Origin: Candidatus Cloacimonadales bacterium
GTDB taxonomy: Bacteria; Cloacimonadota; Cloacimonadia; Cloacimonadales; JAFGVF01
NCBI GenBank assembly: GCA_963663475.2
Contig: CAXXJV010000001.1
Coordinates: 1,824,001-1,888,000, forward strand
DNA: 64,000 bases
Direction: 5' to 3'
Below the pieces are notes generated by a model. The model worked only from the letters and a program-made list of their open reading frames with translations. It did not search any database and was not told the origin of the DNA. A program made the translations under genes and the position numbers. How positions within the stretch are numbered: position 1 is the stretch's first letter; each line of letters starts with the position of its first letter. Below, one piece after another: positions 1 through 10,561 of the stretch.

Positions 1-1560
1 GTCTGGGTTATTCTAGGTATTGGTGCTGTACGCTTGATAACTTCCCTCTATCCTGCTATAAGAGCTTGGATTAATATGAAGTTTGAACACTCACTTCGAA
101 TGAGATATTTTACTGATATTACCGAGAAAGATTATAAGTTCTTTAATAGATTTAGAACTGGAGACTTAGTAACTAGATTAACCAATGATCTAACTGATTT
201 TCCTAAGATTGCTTGGTTTTTATGCTCAGGCATTTTCAGAGCTTTCAACTCCTTTGTGAACATTATCTTTATCATGACTATGATGTTCTTTCTAAACTGG
301 AGATTGACTCTCTATTCCCTGACTCCTCTGCCTATAATGATTGTAGTATTTTACTTCGTTAGTACTTCACTGGAAAAGAGATACACCAAAAATCAAGAAG
401 CTATTTCTTCTATTAACTCCCAGCTAGAACTTTCTTTCTCAGGGATTAAGATAATTAAGGCTTTTGATTGTGAAGAAAAGTATAACCGCTTCTTTGATAT
501 AGCTCTAGAAGAAAGATATAATACCGAGTATTCTCTAATAAAATTACAGGCAGGACTTAATTTAATCTATGAATATATAGGTTATTTCGGACAGATTGCT
601 ATTCTCTTCTTTGGTGGCTATATGGCTGTTAAAGGTTCTATAACAATTGGTACCTTCTTAGCCTTTTATACTTACTTGATGATGATGATCTATCCAATGC
701 TAGATCTTCCTCAACTGTTCATCTCAGGTAAACAAGCCTTTGTGAATATTGATAGATTAGAAGAAATTAAGAATTTCCCAAATGAAAATAAAAGATTTAC
801 TAATCAAGTTCCTCTAAGCTCTTTTGATAAACTTGAATTCCAAGATACTTCTTTTAGTTATGATAAGGGAAATCTGTTCTCTAACTTAAACTTAAGTATT
901 GATTCCACTAAAAAAACCTTGCTGATGGGTGAAGTAGGATGTGGTAAATCTACTTTGATCTCTCTACTTACAGGACTAATAAAAGCAGATTCTGGTCAGG
1001 TATTAATTAATGGACAAAATGTAGATATGATAAAAAGAGATGAATTCTTGCATAATGTGGGTTACGTTCCCCAAGATCCTCTTCTCTTTAGTGGTACTAT
1101 TTATTCTAATGTTACCTTTGGGGTTGACGATGTTGACCAAGACTTATATAGAAAAGTGCTTGAAACATCTCAATTAGACCAAGAAATAGCTAGTTTTGAG
1201 AAGAAAGATAAAACTAAACTGGGTGAAAAAGGGACTGCTGTTTCTGGTGGTCAAAAACAAAGAATTGCTATTGCTAGAGCCTTGATGAGAAAGCCTAAGT
1301 TTCTCATTCTTGACGATATTACATCAAGTCTTGATGCCGAAAATGAAAGAAAACTATGGGTTAGTATGAATAAATACTTCCCTAACACTGGTGCTCTCAT
1401 GGTTTCTCATAGAATCTCAACTGTAGCTTATGCTGATGAAATTATCTTTATTAGCAAGACTCATCAATGCTTCAAAGGAAGTCATAGTGAATTACATGAA
1501 AATAATTATGAATATAGAGAATTTATCCAAACTCAAATGACAAATGGGAAAAAGAGCTAA
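1..1560 (+). CDS. ABC transporter fused permease/ATP-binding protein (MdlA/MsbA-like), 5'-truncated by window edge
   Basis: Frame is open from base 1; TM helices then Walker A GEVGCGKS, signature VSGGQKQR, Walker B LILDD. Confidence 0.9.
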   Translation, partial: VWVILGIGAVRLITSLYPAIRAWINMKFEHSLRMRYFTDITEKDYKFFNRFRTGDLVTRLTNDLTDFPKIAWFLCSGIFRAFNSFVNIIFIMTMMFFLNWRLTLYSLTPLPIMIVVFYFVSTSLEKRYTKNQEAISSINSQLELSFSGIKIIKAFDCEEKYNRFFDIALEERYNTEYSLIKLQAGLNLIYEYIGYFGQIAILFFGGYMAVKGSITIGTFLAFYTYLMMMIYPMLDLPQLFISGKQAFVNIDRLEEIKNFPNENKRFTNQVPLSSFDKLEFQDTSFSYDKGNLFSNLNLSIDSTKKTLLMGEVGCGKSTLISLLTGLIKADSGQVLINGQNVDMIKRDEFLHNVGYVPQDPLLFSGTIYSNVTFGVDDVDQDLYRKVLETSQLDQEIASFEKKDKTKLGEKGTAVSGGQKQRIAIARALMRKPKFLILDDITSSLDAENERKLWVSMNKYFPNTGALMVSHRISTVAYADEIIFISKTHQCFKGSHSELHENNYEYREFIQTQMTNGKKS

Positions 1561-1585
1561 GAACTCTTATCATAAATCACACAGG

Positions 1586-1610
1586 AGAGGGTAAAATATT
1601 TTACCCTCTT
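1586..1610 (+). terminator. Palindromic hairpin after ABC transporter, probable terminator
   Basis: AGAGGGTAAAA-TA-TTTTACCCTCT perfect palindrome 25 bp after the stop; weak U-tract. Confidence 0.55.
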
Positions 1611-1620
1611 GCTTCTATTA

Positions 1621-1714
1621 ACCCAAATAATGCAATAGGTCTTTGAGAATAGCAGAATATTCTTTTGCAAAAGAACTTGCACTCTTATCTAAAGCTCTAT
1701 TGCACCATTTGGGA
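1621..1714 (+). mobile_element. MITE-like palindromic repeat family A, copy A1 (94 bp)
   Basis: ACCCAAATAATGCAATAG...CTATTGCACCATTTGGGA terminal inverted repeats, flanked by TTA/TTA; similar to copies at 1794, 17468, 35468. Confidence 0.75.
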
Positions 1715-1793
1715 TTAATTTCTAAAATGACTAAGAAGAAAAAACTATTTTATAGCTTGACATCTTTATCTAATAGCAATATCTAAGGCTTAA

Positions 1794-1889
1794 ACCCGAA
1801 TAATGCGATGGACCTTTGCGAATAGAAGTATCTTCTTTTGCTAAAAGAATCTAGCACTCTTCATCAAAGTTCTACTGCACCATTCTGGT
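1794..1889 (+). mobile_element. Family A repeat, copy A2 (96 bp)
   Basis: ACCCGAATAATGC...TGCACCATTCTGGT, flanked by TAA/TAA; closely matches reverse complement of 35468-35563. Confidence 0.75.
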
Positions 1890-1988
1890 TAAAAGATACT
1901 TATCTAACTTAGAAAAAAATATTGTCTTAAAGTAAATCAAGCTTTTCTAACCTATAGTATCAGCTTTTCTTAATATTGGAGGCTTTTT

Positions 1989-3317
1989 ATGAAAATATGG
2001 AAATGGATTTTACTGAGTATTATAATCATAAGTACAGGATGTTCTCTCAATCAAGTTTCTGAAAATAGTCAGAATAATGAGGAAAAACAGGCACTTGCTC
2101 TTCCTTGGTTTGTGGCTGCTACACCTAGTAACACTAAAGAATATGTCTATGGTATGGGTCAGGGAGAAAATAAAGAAGTGGCACTTGCTGAAGCCAAAAA
2201 ATCTATTGAAGAATATTATAGAAACAACATAAAGAGTCAACTACAAATTGACTCAGATTCACTAGAAAGTAATTTGCAAGAAGCTTATCAGGTATATTAC
2301 CAACAGCAGTTAAAGAAGCTAAGAAACTTAGATATTTCTGGTATTACTTATCTGGAAACTCAAGCAGTTGGTGACAGCTATTACACTCTTGCCCGCTTAG
2401 AAAAAGCTCTTTTTGACAATTCTCGAAACAACATTATCAATGAAATCATTGCTGCAATTAGACTTGGAAATCAAGCAGATAATCCAGGATTAAAACTTCA
2501 ATCTTATTACTTAGCAACTTCCTTCTTGAACAAGCTTAATCAACCTCTTAACTATGGAGATCAAAATGTTTTTATCTACTTAGCTAGGCAGATTAATCAA
2601 ATACTCTCCAATCTTTCTGTAGCTTATACCTTCTCTGATTATTCAGACTACTCAGACTATCAAAGTTTAAAAATATCTATCAAAGTAGCTGAAAAACCCT
2701 TAACTGCTATTCCACTTCTTATAGGAGAAGATTCTTATTATCCTAACCAAGAGGGGATATACTTTGTGAAATGTAAGGCTAATCAACCTTATAAGCTAAA
2801 CTTGAAGATTGATATTGATCAGGTAAAGCTATATCCAGGATTAAAAGAGGAAGAAGTTAGTGATGCTAAAGAACTGATTCAAGCTCTTACTCCCTGGCAT
2901 GAAAGTATTGAGGTGAAAGCTAGACCTGTACTTAAAGCCTTTGTAAAAGTATCTCATTTTATCAACAATCAAGAGTCTTTGAACCTGCAACTCATTAATC
3001 AAATAAAAAATTATTTACTTGAAAAAAATATCTCTTTGGCTAGCAGTGAAACTTATGCTAATCTTCTGATTGAAGTTACTAGTAATGTTGCTGAACTCTC
3101 TGAAAATGGCAATTCTGACATTACTTATAGGGCTTGGGGCTCTATGACAATAATCAAAGACGATCAAGAGAAGCTACGAATTAATCTTGATGATGAAGCG
3201 ACCAGAGAGAAAACTCAAACTTCTTCTCAAAATGCATTGGATGCAGCTAGACAAGCTAGAGAAAAATTAAATTCCCTAGTCTTAGAAAGCTTGCAGGCAA
3301 GTAGCTTATTAGATTAA
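1989..3317 (+). CDS. Lipoprotein with LPP20-like N-terminal domain
   Basis: Signal peptide with lipobox STGC; PWFV...YVYGMGQG...ALAEAK pattern resembles LPP20. Confidence 0.6.
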   Translation: MKIWKWILLSIIIISTGCSLNQVSENSQNNEEKQALALPWFVAATPSNTKEYVYGMGQGENKEVALAEAKKSIEEYYRNNIKSQLQIDSDSLESNLQEAYQVYYQQQLKKLRNLDISGITYLETQAVGDSYYTLARLEKALFDNSRNNIINEIIAAIRLGNQADNPGLKLQSYYLATSFLNKLNQPLNYGDQNVFIYLARQINQILSNLSVAYTFSDYSDYSDYQSLKISIKVAEKPLTAIPLLIGEDSYYPNQEGIYFVKCKANQPYKLNLKIDIDQVKLYPGLKEEEVSDAKELIQALTPWHESIEVKARPVLKAFVKVSHFINNQESLNLQLINQIKNYLLEKNISLASSETYANLLIEVTSNVAELSENGNSDITYRAWGSMTIIKDDQEKLRINLDDEATREKTQTSSQNALDAARQAREKLNSLVLESLQASSLLD

Positions 3318-3329
3318 GATGACTTAATA

Positions 3330-3393
3330 GCCCAAATAATGGAGTAACTCTTTGTGAATAGCTATTCATAAAAGCCTACTAGACTACTTGGGT
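3330..3393 (+). mobile_element. Family A repeat, short internally deleted copy A3 (64 bp)
   Basis: GCCCAAATAATG...TTTGTGAATAGCTATTCATAAA...TACTTGGGT; same outer arms, centre collapsed. Confidence 0.6.
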
Positions 3394-3495
3394 TAATCTT
3401 TATTTTTATCTAGTCTGAGCATGTTTCCCTTTTTCCTTGACATATTTCAAGCTCTCTTGATTTTGAGTTAAATTAATATTAATAAAGAGGATAAG

Positions 3496-4080
3496 ATGAT
3501 AGATCTCATAAGAGAAGCTTATACAAACAGCTACTTATTATTAGGTGAATTTTTGCAATCTGCTGATAATCTTCAGAAAACAGAAGCTATTGGTAAGAAA
3601 TTAGCTGACATTTTCTCAAGAGGAGGCAAGGTCCTGATTTGTGGAAATGGTGGTTCTGCTACTGATGCTATGCATTTTGCCGAAGAATTTACTGGACGCT
3701 TTAGAGCCGATAGACCTGCATTACCTGCTATAGCTTTATCAGACCCTTCTCATATAACCTGTGTGGGTAATGATTATGGATTTAATCAGATATTTGCTAG
3801 GGGAATTGAGGCCTATGCTAAGCCTGGAGATATGGTAATAGGGCTTTCTACTTCTGGAAATTCCCAAAATATTATCCAAGCTTTTCAAAAAGCTAAAGAA
3901 ATTTCATGCACAACCGTTGCCTTACTTGGTAAAGATGGTGGTAAATTAGCTGGTGAATGCAATTATGAATTTATAATTGCTGGAAAAAGTTCTGACCGTA
4001 TTCAAGAATTACATATGATTATTTTGCATATAGTTATTGAAGTTGTAGAACGAATCATGTTTCCCAAAAACTATAAATAA
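3496..4080 (+). CDS. gmhA: D-sedoheptulose-7-phosphate isomerase
   Basis: CGNGGSATDAMHFAEE, STSGNS, RIQELH motifs. Confidence 0.95.
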   Translation: MIDLIREAYTNSYLLLGEFLQSADNLQKTEAIGKKLADIFSRGGKVLICGNGGSATDAMHFAEEFTGRFRADRPALPAIALSDPSHITCVGNDYGFNQIFARGIEAYAKPGDMVIGLSTSGNSQNIIQAFQKAKEISCTTVALLGKDGGKLAGECNYEFIIAGKSSDRIQELHMIILHIVIEVVERIMFPKNYK

Positions 4081-4113
4081 TTCAAAAAAAGTTCAAAAAT
4101 ATGAAAAATATTC

Positions 4114-4141
4114 TTGACAAAGAATAGGGTGATTTTAAAGT
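4114..4141 (+). promoter_or_regulatory. Putative sigma70 promoter for tRNA-Leu/tig
   Basis: TTGACA 4114-4119, 16 bp spacer, TAAAGT 4136-4141, 10 bp before the tRNA. Confidence 0.5.
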
Positions 4142-4151
4142 GACCAAACGT

Positions 4152-4238
4152 GCGAAAGTGGCGGAATTGGCAGACGCGCTGGACTTAGAATCCAGTTGGG
4201 TTAAACCAGTAGGGGTTCAAGTCCCCTCTTTCGCACCA
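4152..4238 (+). tRNA. tRNA-Leu (anticodon TAG)
   Basis: GCGAAAG/CTTTCGC acceptor stem, anticodon arm CTGGA-CTTAGAA-TCCAG, long variable arm, GTTCAAG T-loop, encoded CCA. Confidence 0.97.
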
Positions 4239-4316
4239 TTTTTGTTTTTAAGAACCCCTATTACAACACAAATTTAATAAACTAAAAAATTAATTATATA
4301 TATAAAGGAGTTAATT

Positions 4317-5651
4317 GTGAAGGTTGAAGTAAAAGAAATCAGTCAAGTAATAAGAGAACTCACCCTTACAGTAGAAGCAGAGAAGGTAAATAAAGATTAT
4401 CAAAAAGCCTTAAAAAAGGTAAGTAAGATGGCTCCTCCAATCCCTGGTTTCCGTAAAGGTAAAGCCCCTCTTTCAGCAGTTGAAAGAAGCTATGGTGAAT
4501 ATGTCAAAGAAGAATTATATAAAGATGGTGTTGATAAATATCTTAAAGAAGCCATTGATGAGAATGATATAAAATCTATCAGCGAATTTTACCCAATTTC
4601 ATATGAATGGAATAAGGGTGAAGACTTAGTAGCAGTTTTCAAATATGAAGTTAACCCTGAGATTAAATTAGAGAAAATAGATGGTATTAGAGTGCCATTC
4701 AAAGCTAAGACTATAGACGAAGCTGTAGAAGATTATCTAAATGAAATGAAGCAAAAGAATGCTCAAATGATAGAAGTAGCCGATGAAGTTGTTAATAATG
4801 ACACAGTTGAATTTGAGTTGACTTTCACTTATGAGGATGAAGAAAAGGTTGAAACAGTTACTATTCCTATAAATAATGATGGTGAAAATTCAGAAACTAT
4901 AACTACCGATGTTATTGGTAAGAAAATTGGTGATAAGTTCAAAACAGAAATAAACTCTTTCAGAATTAACAGTGTAGATGTTGACCAAGAAATGCTTGCA
5001 GTAGAAGCTATGGTTAATTCTATCCAAAGACTTAAAGAACCAGAAATCAATGATGATTTTGCAAAATCTTTAGACTATGATGATCTTGCTACAATGAAGA
5101 AATCTCTTGCTGAAGAATTAGCTGCAAAAACTACAAGAGTTAACGAACAAGAACTTAATAAGAAGATAGTTGAAACTTTAATTGCAGAAAATGATTTCCA
5201 AGTTCCTAACGTGATTGTTGCTAATGAAGCATACAGACAAGCTAAGATGTATATGCAAGGTAAAGAACCTGATGAACAGATGATTAATATTTTATCTCAG
5301 TTTGTAACTCCACAGATTAAGGAAGTTTATGTTTATCAAGCATTAAAGACTCAATTCCCATATGAAGTTACAGATGAAGAAGTTAATGCTTTAGTTGAAA
5401 AACTTGCAGGTTTGGAAGAACTTACAGTAGATGAGTTCAAAGAAGAACATAAAGATCTTTTCGAAAATGATGAAATTAGAAATGAAGCTGTGTTTGAAAA
5501 AATCTTTAGCGATTTAGCAAAAAGAGTTGAGCTTGTAGATCCTCAGATTATTGCTGAAGAAAAGAAAGCTGAACTAAAGGCTAAAAAAGAAGCTAGAGAA
5601 GAGGCAGAAAAAGAAGCTTCACAAGAAGAAGATAAGAACGAAGCAGAATAA
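4317..5651 (+). CDS. tig: Trigger factor
   Basis: IPGFRKGKAP ribosome-binding motif; tig-clpP-clpX synteny; GTG start with AGGAG RBS. Confidence 0.95.
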   Translation: MKVEVKEISQVIRELTLTVEAEKVNKDYQKALKKVSKMAPPIPGFRKGKAPLSAVERSYGEYVKEELYKDGVDKYLKEAIDENDIKSISEFYPISYEWNKGEDLVAVFKYEVNPEIKLEKIDGIRVPFKAKTIDEAVEDYLNEMKQKNAQMIEVADEVVNNDTVEFELTFTYEDEEKVETVTIPINNDGENSETITTDVIGKKIGDKFKTEINSFRINSVDVDQEMLAVEAMVNSIQRLKEPEINDDFAKSLDYDDLATMKKSLAEELAAKTTRVNEQELNKKIVETLIAENDFQVPNVIVANEAYRQAKMYMQGKEPDEQMINILSQFVTPQIKEVYVYQALKTQFPYEVTDEEVNALVEKLAGLEELTVDEFKEEHKDLFENDEIRNEAVFEKIFSDLAKRVELVDPQIIAEEKKAELKAKKEAREEAEKEASQEEDKNEAE

Positions 5652-5678
5652 TTGCTTTTAAGACATTAAGGAGATTTC

Positions 5679-6263
5679 ATGCCTTATGTACCAATGGTTG
5701 TAGAGCAAGTAGGAAGAAGTGAAAGAGCTTATGATATTTATTCAAGATTATTAAAAGATAGAATCATCTTTATTGGTGGTCCAATAGATGATCATGTTGC
5801 TAATCTTGTTGTAGCTCAGTTACTTCATTTAGAAGCAGAAGATCCTAAAAAGGATATAAATATATATATTAATAGTCCTGGTGGAGCAGTTACCGCTGGC
5901 ATGGCTATATATGATACTATGCAGTTTATCAAACCTGATGTATCAACAACTTGTATTGGCCAAGCTGCTAGTATGGGGGCTTTATTATTAACTGCTGGAA
6001 CAAAGGGTAAGAGATATTCTCTTCCTAATAGCAGAATTATGATTCACCAACCCTTAGGTGGTGCTCAAGGTCAAGCATCTGATATTGAGATTGCTGCGAA
6101 AGAGATTCTGTTCTTGAAAGGTCATTTAAATGATATTCTTCAAAAACACACTGGTCAGACCTTGAAAAAGATTGAAAATGATACAGATAGAAACTTCTTT
6201 ATGACTGCTGAACAGGCTAAGAATTATGGTTTAATAGACCAAGTTATCGAAAATAGAGGTTAG
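5679..6263 (+). CDS. clpP: ATP-dependent Clp protease proteolytic subunit
   Basis: [32 protein letters not shown]. Confidence 0.98.
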   Translation: MPYVPMVVEQVGRSERAYDIYSRLLKDRIIFIGGPIDDHVANLVVAQLLHLEAEDPKKDINIYINSPGGAVTAGMAIYDTMQFIKPDVSTTCIGQAASMGALLLTAGTKGKRYSLPNSRIMIHQPLGGAQGQASDIEIAAKEILFLKGHLNDILQKHTGQTLKKIENDTDRNFFMTAEQAKNYGLIDQVIENRG

Positions 6264-6269
6264 GAATTT

Positions 6270-7574
6270 ATGGGTAAATATACTAACTCAAAAGATTTAG
6301 TTTGTTCATTTTGTGGTAGGGGAGAAGAAGAAGCAGGTATGCTTATACATGGCATGAATGCAAATATCTGCCAACATTGTGTAAGTCTTTGTACTGATCT
6401 TTTTGAAGAAGAAAACTCAGTTCATGAAACTAAGGCTAAGAAAGAGACAGTTAAAACTCTGCCAATTCCTAGTGAGATTAAGAAGTTCTTAGATCAATAT
6501 GTCATTGGTCAAGATGCAGCAAAGGAACTATTATCTGTAGCTGTTTATAATCACTATAAGAGAATTTTTAGAGCTGATGAGCTGGATAGAGATGTTGAAT
6601 TAGACAAATCAAATGTCTTAATGATTGGTCCAACTGGAACTGGTAAAACTCTAATGGCAGAAACATTAGCAAGAATGCTAAAGGTTCCATTTGCCATAGC
6701 TGATGCAACTACATTAACAGAAGCTGGTTATGTTGGGGAAGATGTTGAAAATATTCTTACCAAGTTGCTTCAGAATGCTGATTTTGATGTGCAAAAAGCT
6801 GAAAGAGGCATTATTTACATTGATGAGATTGATAAAATTGGACGTAAAAGTGAATCTACTTCTATTACCCGTGACGTATCTGGTGAAGGTGTTCAACAGG
6901 CTTTACTCAAAATCCTCGAAGGATCAATTGTAAATGTTCCACCTAAAGGTGGTCGTAAGCATCCGAATCAAGACTTTGTTCAAATAGATACACGTAAGAT
7001 TCTCTTTATCTGTGGTGGTGCTTTTATTCATCTTGATAAGATTATTGCCAAAAGAGTTGTAAAGAAGAGTGTAGGTTTTGAATCTGATTTGGTTGATAGG
7101 ATTTCAGAGAGTAATTTGCTTACCAAACTCGAACCAGATGATTTGGTTAGGTATGGACTTATTCCAGAATTAATTGGTAGATTACCAGTTGTTTGTACTC
7201 TTAACGAACTTGATACTGATGCCTTGATTCAAATCCTAACAGAACCTAGAAATTCTATAGTAAAGCAATTTACTAAGATTCTTAAATTGGATGGTGTAGA
7301 TTTAGAAATATCTAAAGAAGCCTTGCAAGAGATAGCTAACATTGCCCAGAAACAAAGAACTGGAGCTAGATCTTTACGTTCTATTCTAGAAAGAAGAATG
7401 TTAGATATTATGTATAAACTTCCTGATATGCCTGAAATTAATAAGTGTGTCATTAACGCTGATTATATAAAAGGTGAAATAGATCTTCCAATATTTGAAA
7501 AGATTGAATTTCCAGAAGAAAAACCAAAAAAAGCAGCTACCAAAAAGAAAAAAGCAAAGACTGCTGATAAGTAG
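6270..7574 (+). CDS. clpX: Clp protease ATP-binding subunit ClpX
   Basis: CSFC...CQHC zinc finger, [32 protein letters not shown]. Confidence 0.98.
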   Translation: MGKYTNSKDLVCSFCGRGEEEAGMLIHGMNANICQHCVSLCTDLFEEENSVHETKAKKETVKTLPIPSEIKKFLDQYVIGQDAAKELLSVAVYNHYKRIFRADELDRDVELDKSNVLMIGPTGTGKTLMAETLARMLKVPFAIADATTLTEAGYVGEDVENILTKLLQNADFDVQKAERGIIYIDEIDKIGRKSESTSITRDVSGEGVQQALLKILEGSIVNVPPKGGRKHPNQDFVQIDTRKILFICGGAFIHLDKIIAKRVVKKSVGFESDLVDRISESNLLTKLEPDDLVRYGLIPELIGRLPVVCTLNELDTDALIQILTEPRNSIVKQFTKILKLDGVDLEISKEALQEIANIAQKQRTGARSLRSILERRMLDIMYKLPDMPEINKCVINADYIKGEIDLPIFEKIEFPEEKPKKAATKKKKAKTADK

Positions 7575-7599
7575 AAAATAGAAAATATAAATTATAAAT

Positions 7600-7629
7600 A
7601 AAGAGGTGAAGTAAATTTCACCTCTTTTT
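7600..7629 (+). terminator. Rho-independent terminator of clpX (intron target site)
   Basis: AAAGAGGTGAA/TTCACCTCTTT stem followed by T-run; probably bidirectional with convergent gpmA. Confidence 0.85.
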
Positions 7630-9740
7630 GTTTGCCCAGAATGTTATCTGAGCCGATGGACTGAAAGAAGTCCTGACACCCAACTGACAGGAAGTCAATC
7701 TGAGGTCAAGGGCGTTGCTGGCAACGGCAGGGTCTGAAGTAAGACGCAGGAAGAATGTGGAACATAGCGAAAGTGAACTGAATTTGGTTTATGTAGTGGG
7801 TAACTTTTCAAAAAGTGAGGACGCCCAAATGTCAGTCGACTACATGGATTATAACAGATGGATTTGCATTCAGGTAGGATAGCTTAACTGGGGAAGCCTG
7901 TTAAAGTCTCTAAAAGAGTAACTATGACTTCAAGCTGAAAGGCAAGAGTTGTATCAAGCTTTAGCAGGTGGCAGATGATTCCGTAGTAGTGATAAACCTT
8001 TTGCCAATGAAGGCTGGTGACAGACTGGAGGATAAAACAAAAGGGACAATATTCATAGTAATATTGAGGAATATGACTCAAAAGGTCATAATTCATGCGA
8101 AGGGATGAAGATAAACCAAAGAATGAACATGTTGAAAGAGTATTTTCTTAAAAGTAGGAAACGAAGAGAATCGCTAGATTCAAGGCTCGGATAGACGGTG
8201 GTGAGTACCTTCTTTCTATCACGACCTTACGAGACTGAGTAGATGAAGTTAATAAAGGATAATAGTCAAAACCTGAAAAATCTTTGATAAAGATTGCATA
8301 GAGCTAAAAACGTCAAAGGTCTTCATTGAATAAACTGTCATTTGAAAGTATAAACTTAATTTTGTTTATTGTGAAAAAGGAGAAACTAAATGAAGAAATG
8401 GTATAGTTTAATTGATAAAGTTTACTCGAAAGGTAATCTCTATGAATCTTTTCAAAAAGTAAAGAAAAACAGAGGTGTAGCTGGTATAGATAATATTACT
8501 ATATCAAAATTTGGGGAAGACCTTCAAGAGAACTTAGAGAATATTCATTTAGAATTGAAAAGTGGGAATTATATCCCATCACCTGTAAAACGGGTAGAGA
8601 TACCTAAAGCAAATGGTAAGATGAGACCATTAGGGATACCTACTGTAAAAGATAGAATCGTACAGCAGGCAATAAATAACATCATCCAACCGATTTTTGA
8701 ACCTGATTTTCATCCGCAAAGTTATGGCTACCGACCTAACAAAAGTTGTCAAAAGGCAGTGGCTAGAGCACAAGTATTAATGGTACGTGATGAACTTCCT
8801 TATGCAGTAGATATGGATTTATCCAAATGTTTTGATACATTAAATCATAAATTCATAATGCAATCATTAAACAGGAAAATTAGTGACGGGACATTATTAA
8901 AGCTGATAGAGGGAATCTTAAAATCTGGAGTTATGCAAGAAGGTAAGTATAGTGAAACAGAAATAGGGAGTCCACAAGGAGGGGTAATCTCTCCACTTCT
9001 TATGAACATATATCTTGATAGCTTTGACCAAGAAATGAAGAGTCTAGGAATTGAGATAGTCCGTTATGCTGATGATATATTACTTTTTGCCAAGACTAAG
9101 AAGAAAGCAGAACAATATCAACGAATTGCGGTTGAATACCTAAACTCTATTTATCTCATCGTGAATGAAGAAAAGACACATATTGCAAGTGTATTAAATG
9201 GAGTAAAATATCTTGGTTTTGAGATACATGAGGAGTATGTCAAAATAGAAGATAAGAGGGTAAAAGCGTTCAAAGATAAAATTCGGACACTGACTCCACG
9301 AAATAGCGGAATTAATGTTGAGACTATGATTAAAAGACTCAATCCGATATTGAGAGGTTGGTCGAATTACTTTAGAGTAGCAAATTGCAAAGGAGTCTTT
9401 CAGTCTTTATTATCATGGATAAGGCGACGGCTAAGAATGAAGAAAATGCGGGAATGGAAAAGTTGGAAAGCTTTACACCAACAACTTAGAAGAGTAGGTC
9501 ATAAAAGTGATTTTCCGAAAATATCTATGACTCACTGGAAGAATTCTGGTTGTTACCATATTCACAGAGCTCTACCTAATGAGTGGTTTGAGCAATTAGG
9601 ATTATATGACTTACTATCGAAACCCACAGGTGTTTTATTTAATTATTATGAATAATTACAAGGTTTATCAGGAGCCGTGTACGAGACCCGTACGCACGGT
9701 TCTGTGAGAGGGATGGTGCTAACGCACCACCCTACTCGAT
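7630..9740 (+). mobile_element. Group II intron (terminator-targeting, IIC/g1-like), apparently full length
   Basis: 5' GTTTGCCCAG pairs with CTGGG 7888-7892; D2 stem 7897-7906/7959-7968; D4 stem 8110-8117/9662-9669; D5 GAGCCGTGTACG...CGCACGGTTC 9672-9702; D6 with bulged A; ends CTCGAT at 9740. Confidence 0.9.
8390..9655 (+). CDS. ltrA: Group II intron reverse transcriptase/maturase (no endonuclease domain)
   Basis: RPLGIPTVKDRIVQQA, PQGGVISPLL, YADD, X domain GWSNYF...WIRRRLR; 421 aa, no HNH. Confidence 0.97.
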   Translation: MKKWYSLIDKVYSKGNLYESFQKVKKNRGVAGIDNITISKFGEDLQENLENIHLELKSGNYIPSPVKRVEIPKANGKMRPLGIPTVKDRIVQQAINNIIQPIFEPDFHPQSYGYRPNKSCQKAVARAQVLMVRDELPYAVDMDLSKCFDTLNHKFIMQSLNRKISDGTLLKLIEGILKSGVMQEGKYSETEIGSPQGGVISPLLMNIYLDSFDQEMKSLGIEIVRYADDILLFAKTKKKAEQYQRIAVEYLNSIYLIVNEEKTHIASVLNGVKYLGFEIHEEYVKIEDKRVKAFKDKIRTLTPRNSGINVETMIKRLNPILRGWSNYFRVANCKGVFQSLLSWIRRRLRMKKMREWKSWKALHQQLRRVGHKSDFPKISMTHWKNSGCYHIHRALPNEWFEQLGLYDLLSKPTGVLFNYYE

Positions 9741-9757
9741 ATTATTCAAAATTCAGA

Positions 9758-10504
9758 TTATTTTGCTTTACCTTGGTTAGCTACAGCTGCTTGAGCCTTA
9801 GCTATTTCATCTTGATTACCTAAGTATTTACTTGAAATAGTTTTCATATCTTCATCTAATTCATAGACTAATGGAATACCAGTAGGAATATTTAATTTTA
9901 AAATATCCTCATCAGAAATATTATCCAAGTATTTTACAAGAGCTCTTAAACTATTACCATGGGCTGCAATAATTAATCTCTTACCAGCTTTAATATCAGG
10001 AACAATATGTTGTTCCCAGTAAGGAATAACTCTGGCAACAGTATCTTTAAGGCATTCGGTTAGAGGTAATTGCTCTGGGGATAAAGCTGCATAACGGGGA
10101 TCATTGCCAGGGTATCTTTCATCTGATTTTTCTAAAGCAGGAGGTGGAGTATCATAAGATCTTCTCCAGATAAGTACCTGCTCATCACCGTATTTTTGGG
10201 CAGTTTCAGCTTTGTTTAATCCTTGAAGAGAACCATAATGACGTTCATTTAATTGCCAAGCACGTTCAACAGGAATCCACATTAAATCTAAGCCTTCTAA
10301 AGTATGCCATAAGGTTTTAATTGCTCTTTTTAATACAGAAGTATAAGCCTTATCAAAGATAAATCCTTCTTCTTTTAACAGCTTTCCTGCAGCAATTGCT
10401 TCTTTATTACCCTTGTCAGATAATTCTACATCTGTCCAACCTGTAAATCTATTCTCTTTATTCCATTGAGATTCACCATGTCTAATTAACACTATTTTAT
10501 ACAT
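9758..10504 (-). CDS. gpmA: 2,3-bisphosphoglycerate-dependent phosphoglycerate mutase
   Basis: [24 protein letters not shown]. Confidence 0.98.
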   Translation of the reverse strand: MYKIVLIRHGESQWNKENRFTGWTDVELSDKGNKEAIAAGKLLKEEGFIFDKAYTSVLKRAIKTLWHTLEGLDLMWIPVERAWQLNERHYGSLQGLNKAETAQKYGDEQVLIWRRSYDTPPPALEKSDERYPGNDPRYAALSPEQLPLTECLKDTVARVIPYWEQHIVPDIKAGKRLIIAAHGNSLRALVKYLDNISDEDILKLNIPTGIPLVYELDEDMKTISSKYLGNQDEIAKAQAAVANQGKAK

Positions 10505-10561
10505 AATTTTCCTTTTTAACCTTTATTGTCTCTCTATAAACGAGATTTTTAGAAATATCTG

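Noticed and set aside
2631-2662. Short tandem repeat encoding SDYSDYSDY in the lipoprotein
   Set aside because: Only three degenerate 9-bp units, in frame; ordinary low-complexity sequence.
4152-4316. tRNA-Leu as an integration site for an island
   Set aside because: No integrase and no duplicated tRNA 3' end seen; tig follows directly in conserved synteny.
8390-9655. RT as retron, DGR or defence RT
   Set aside because: It has a maturase X domain and is embedded in recognisable group II intron domains I-VI; no template/variable repeat pair was seen.
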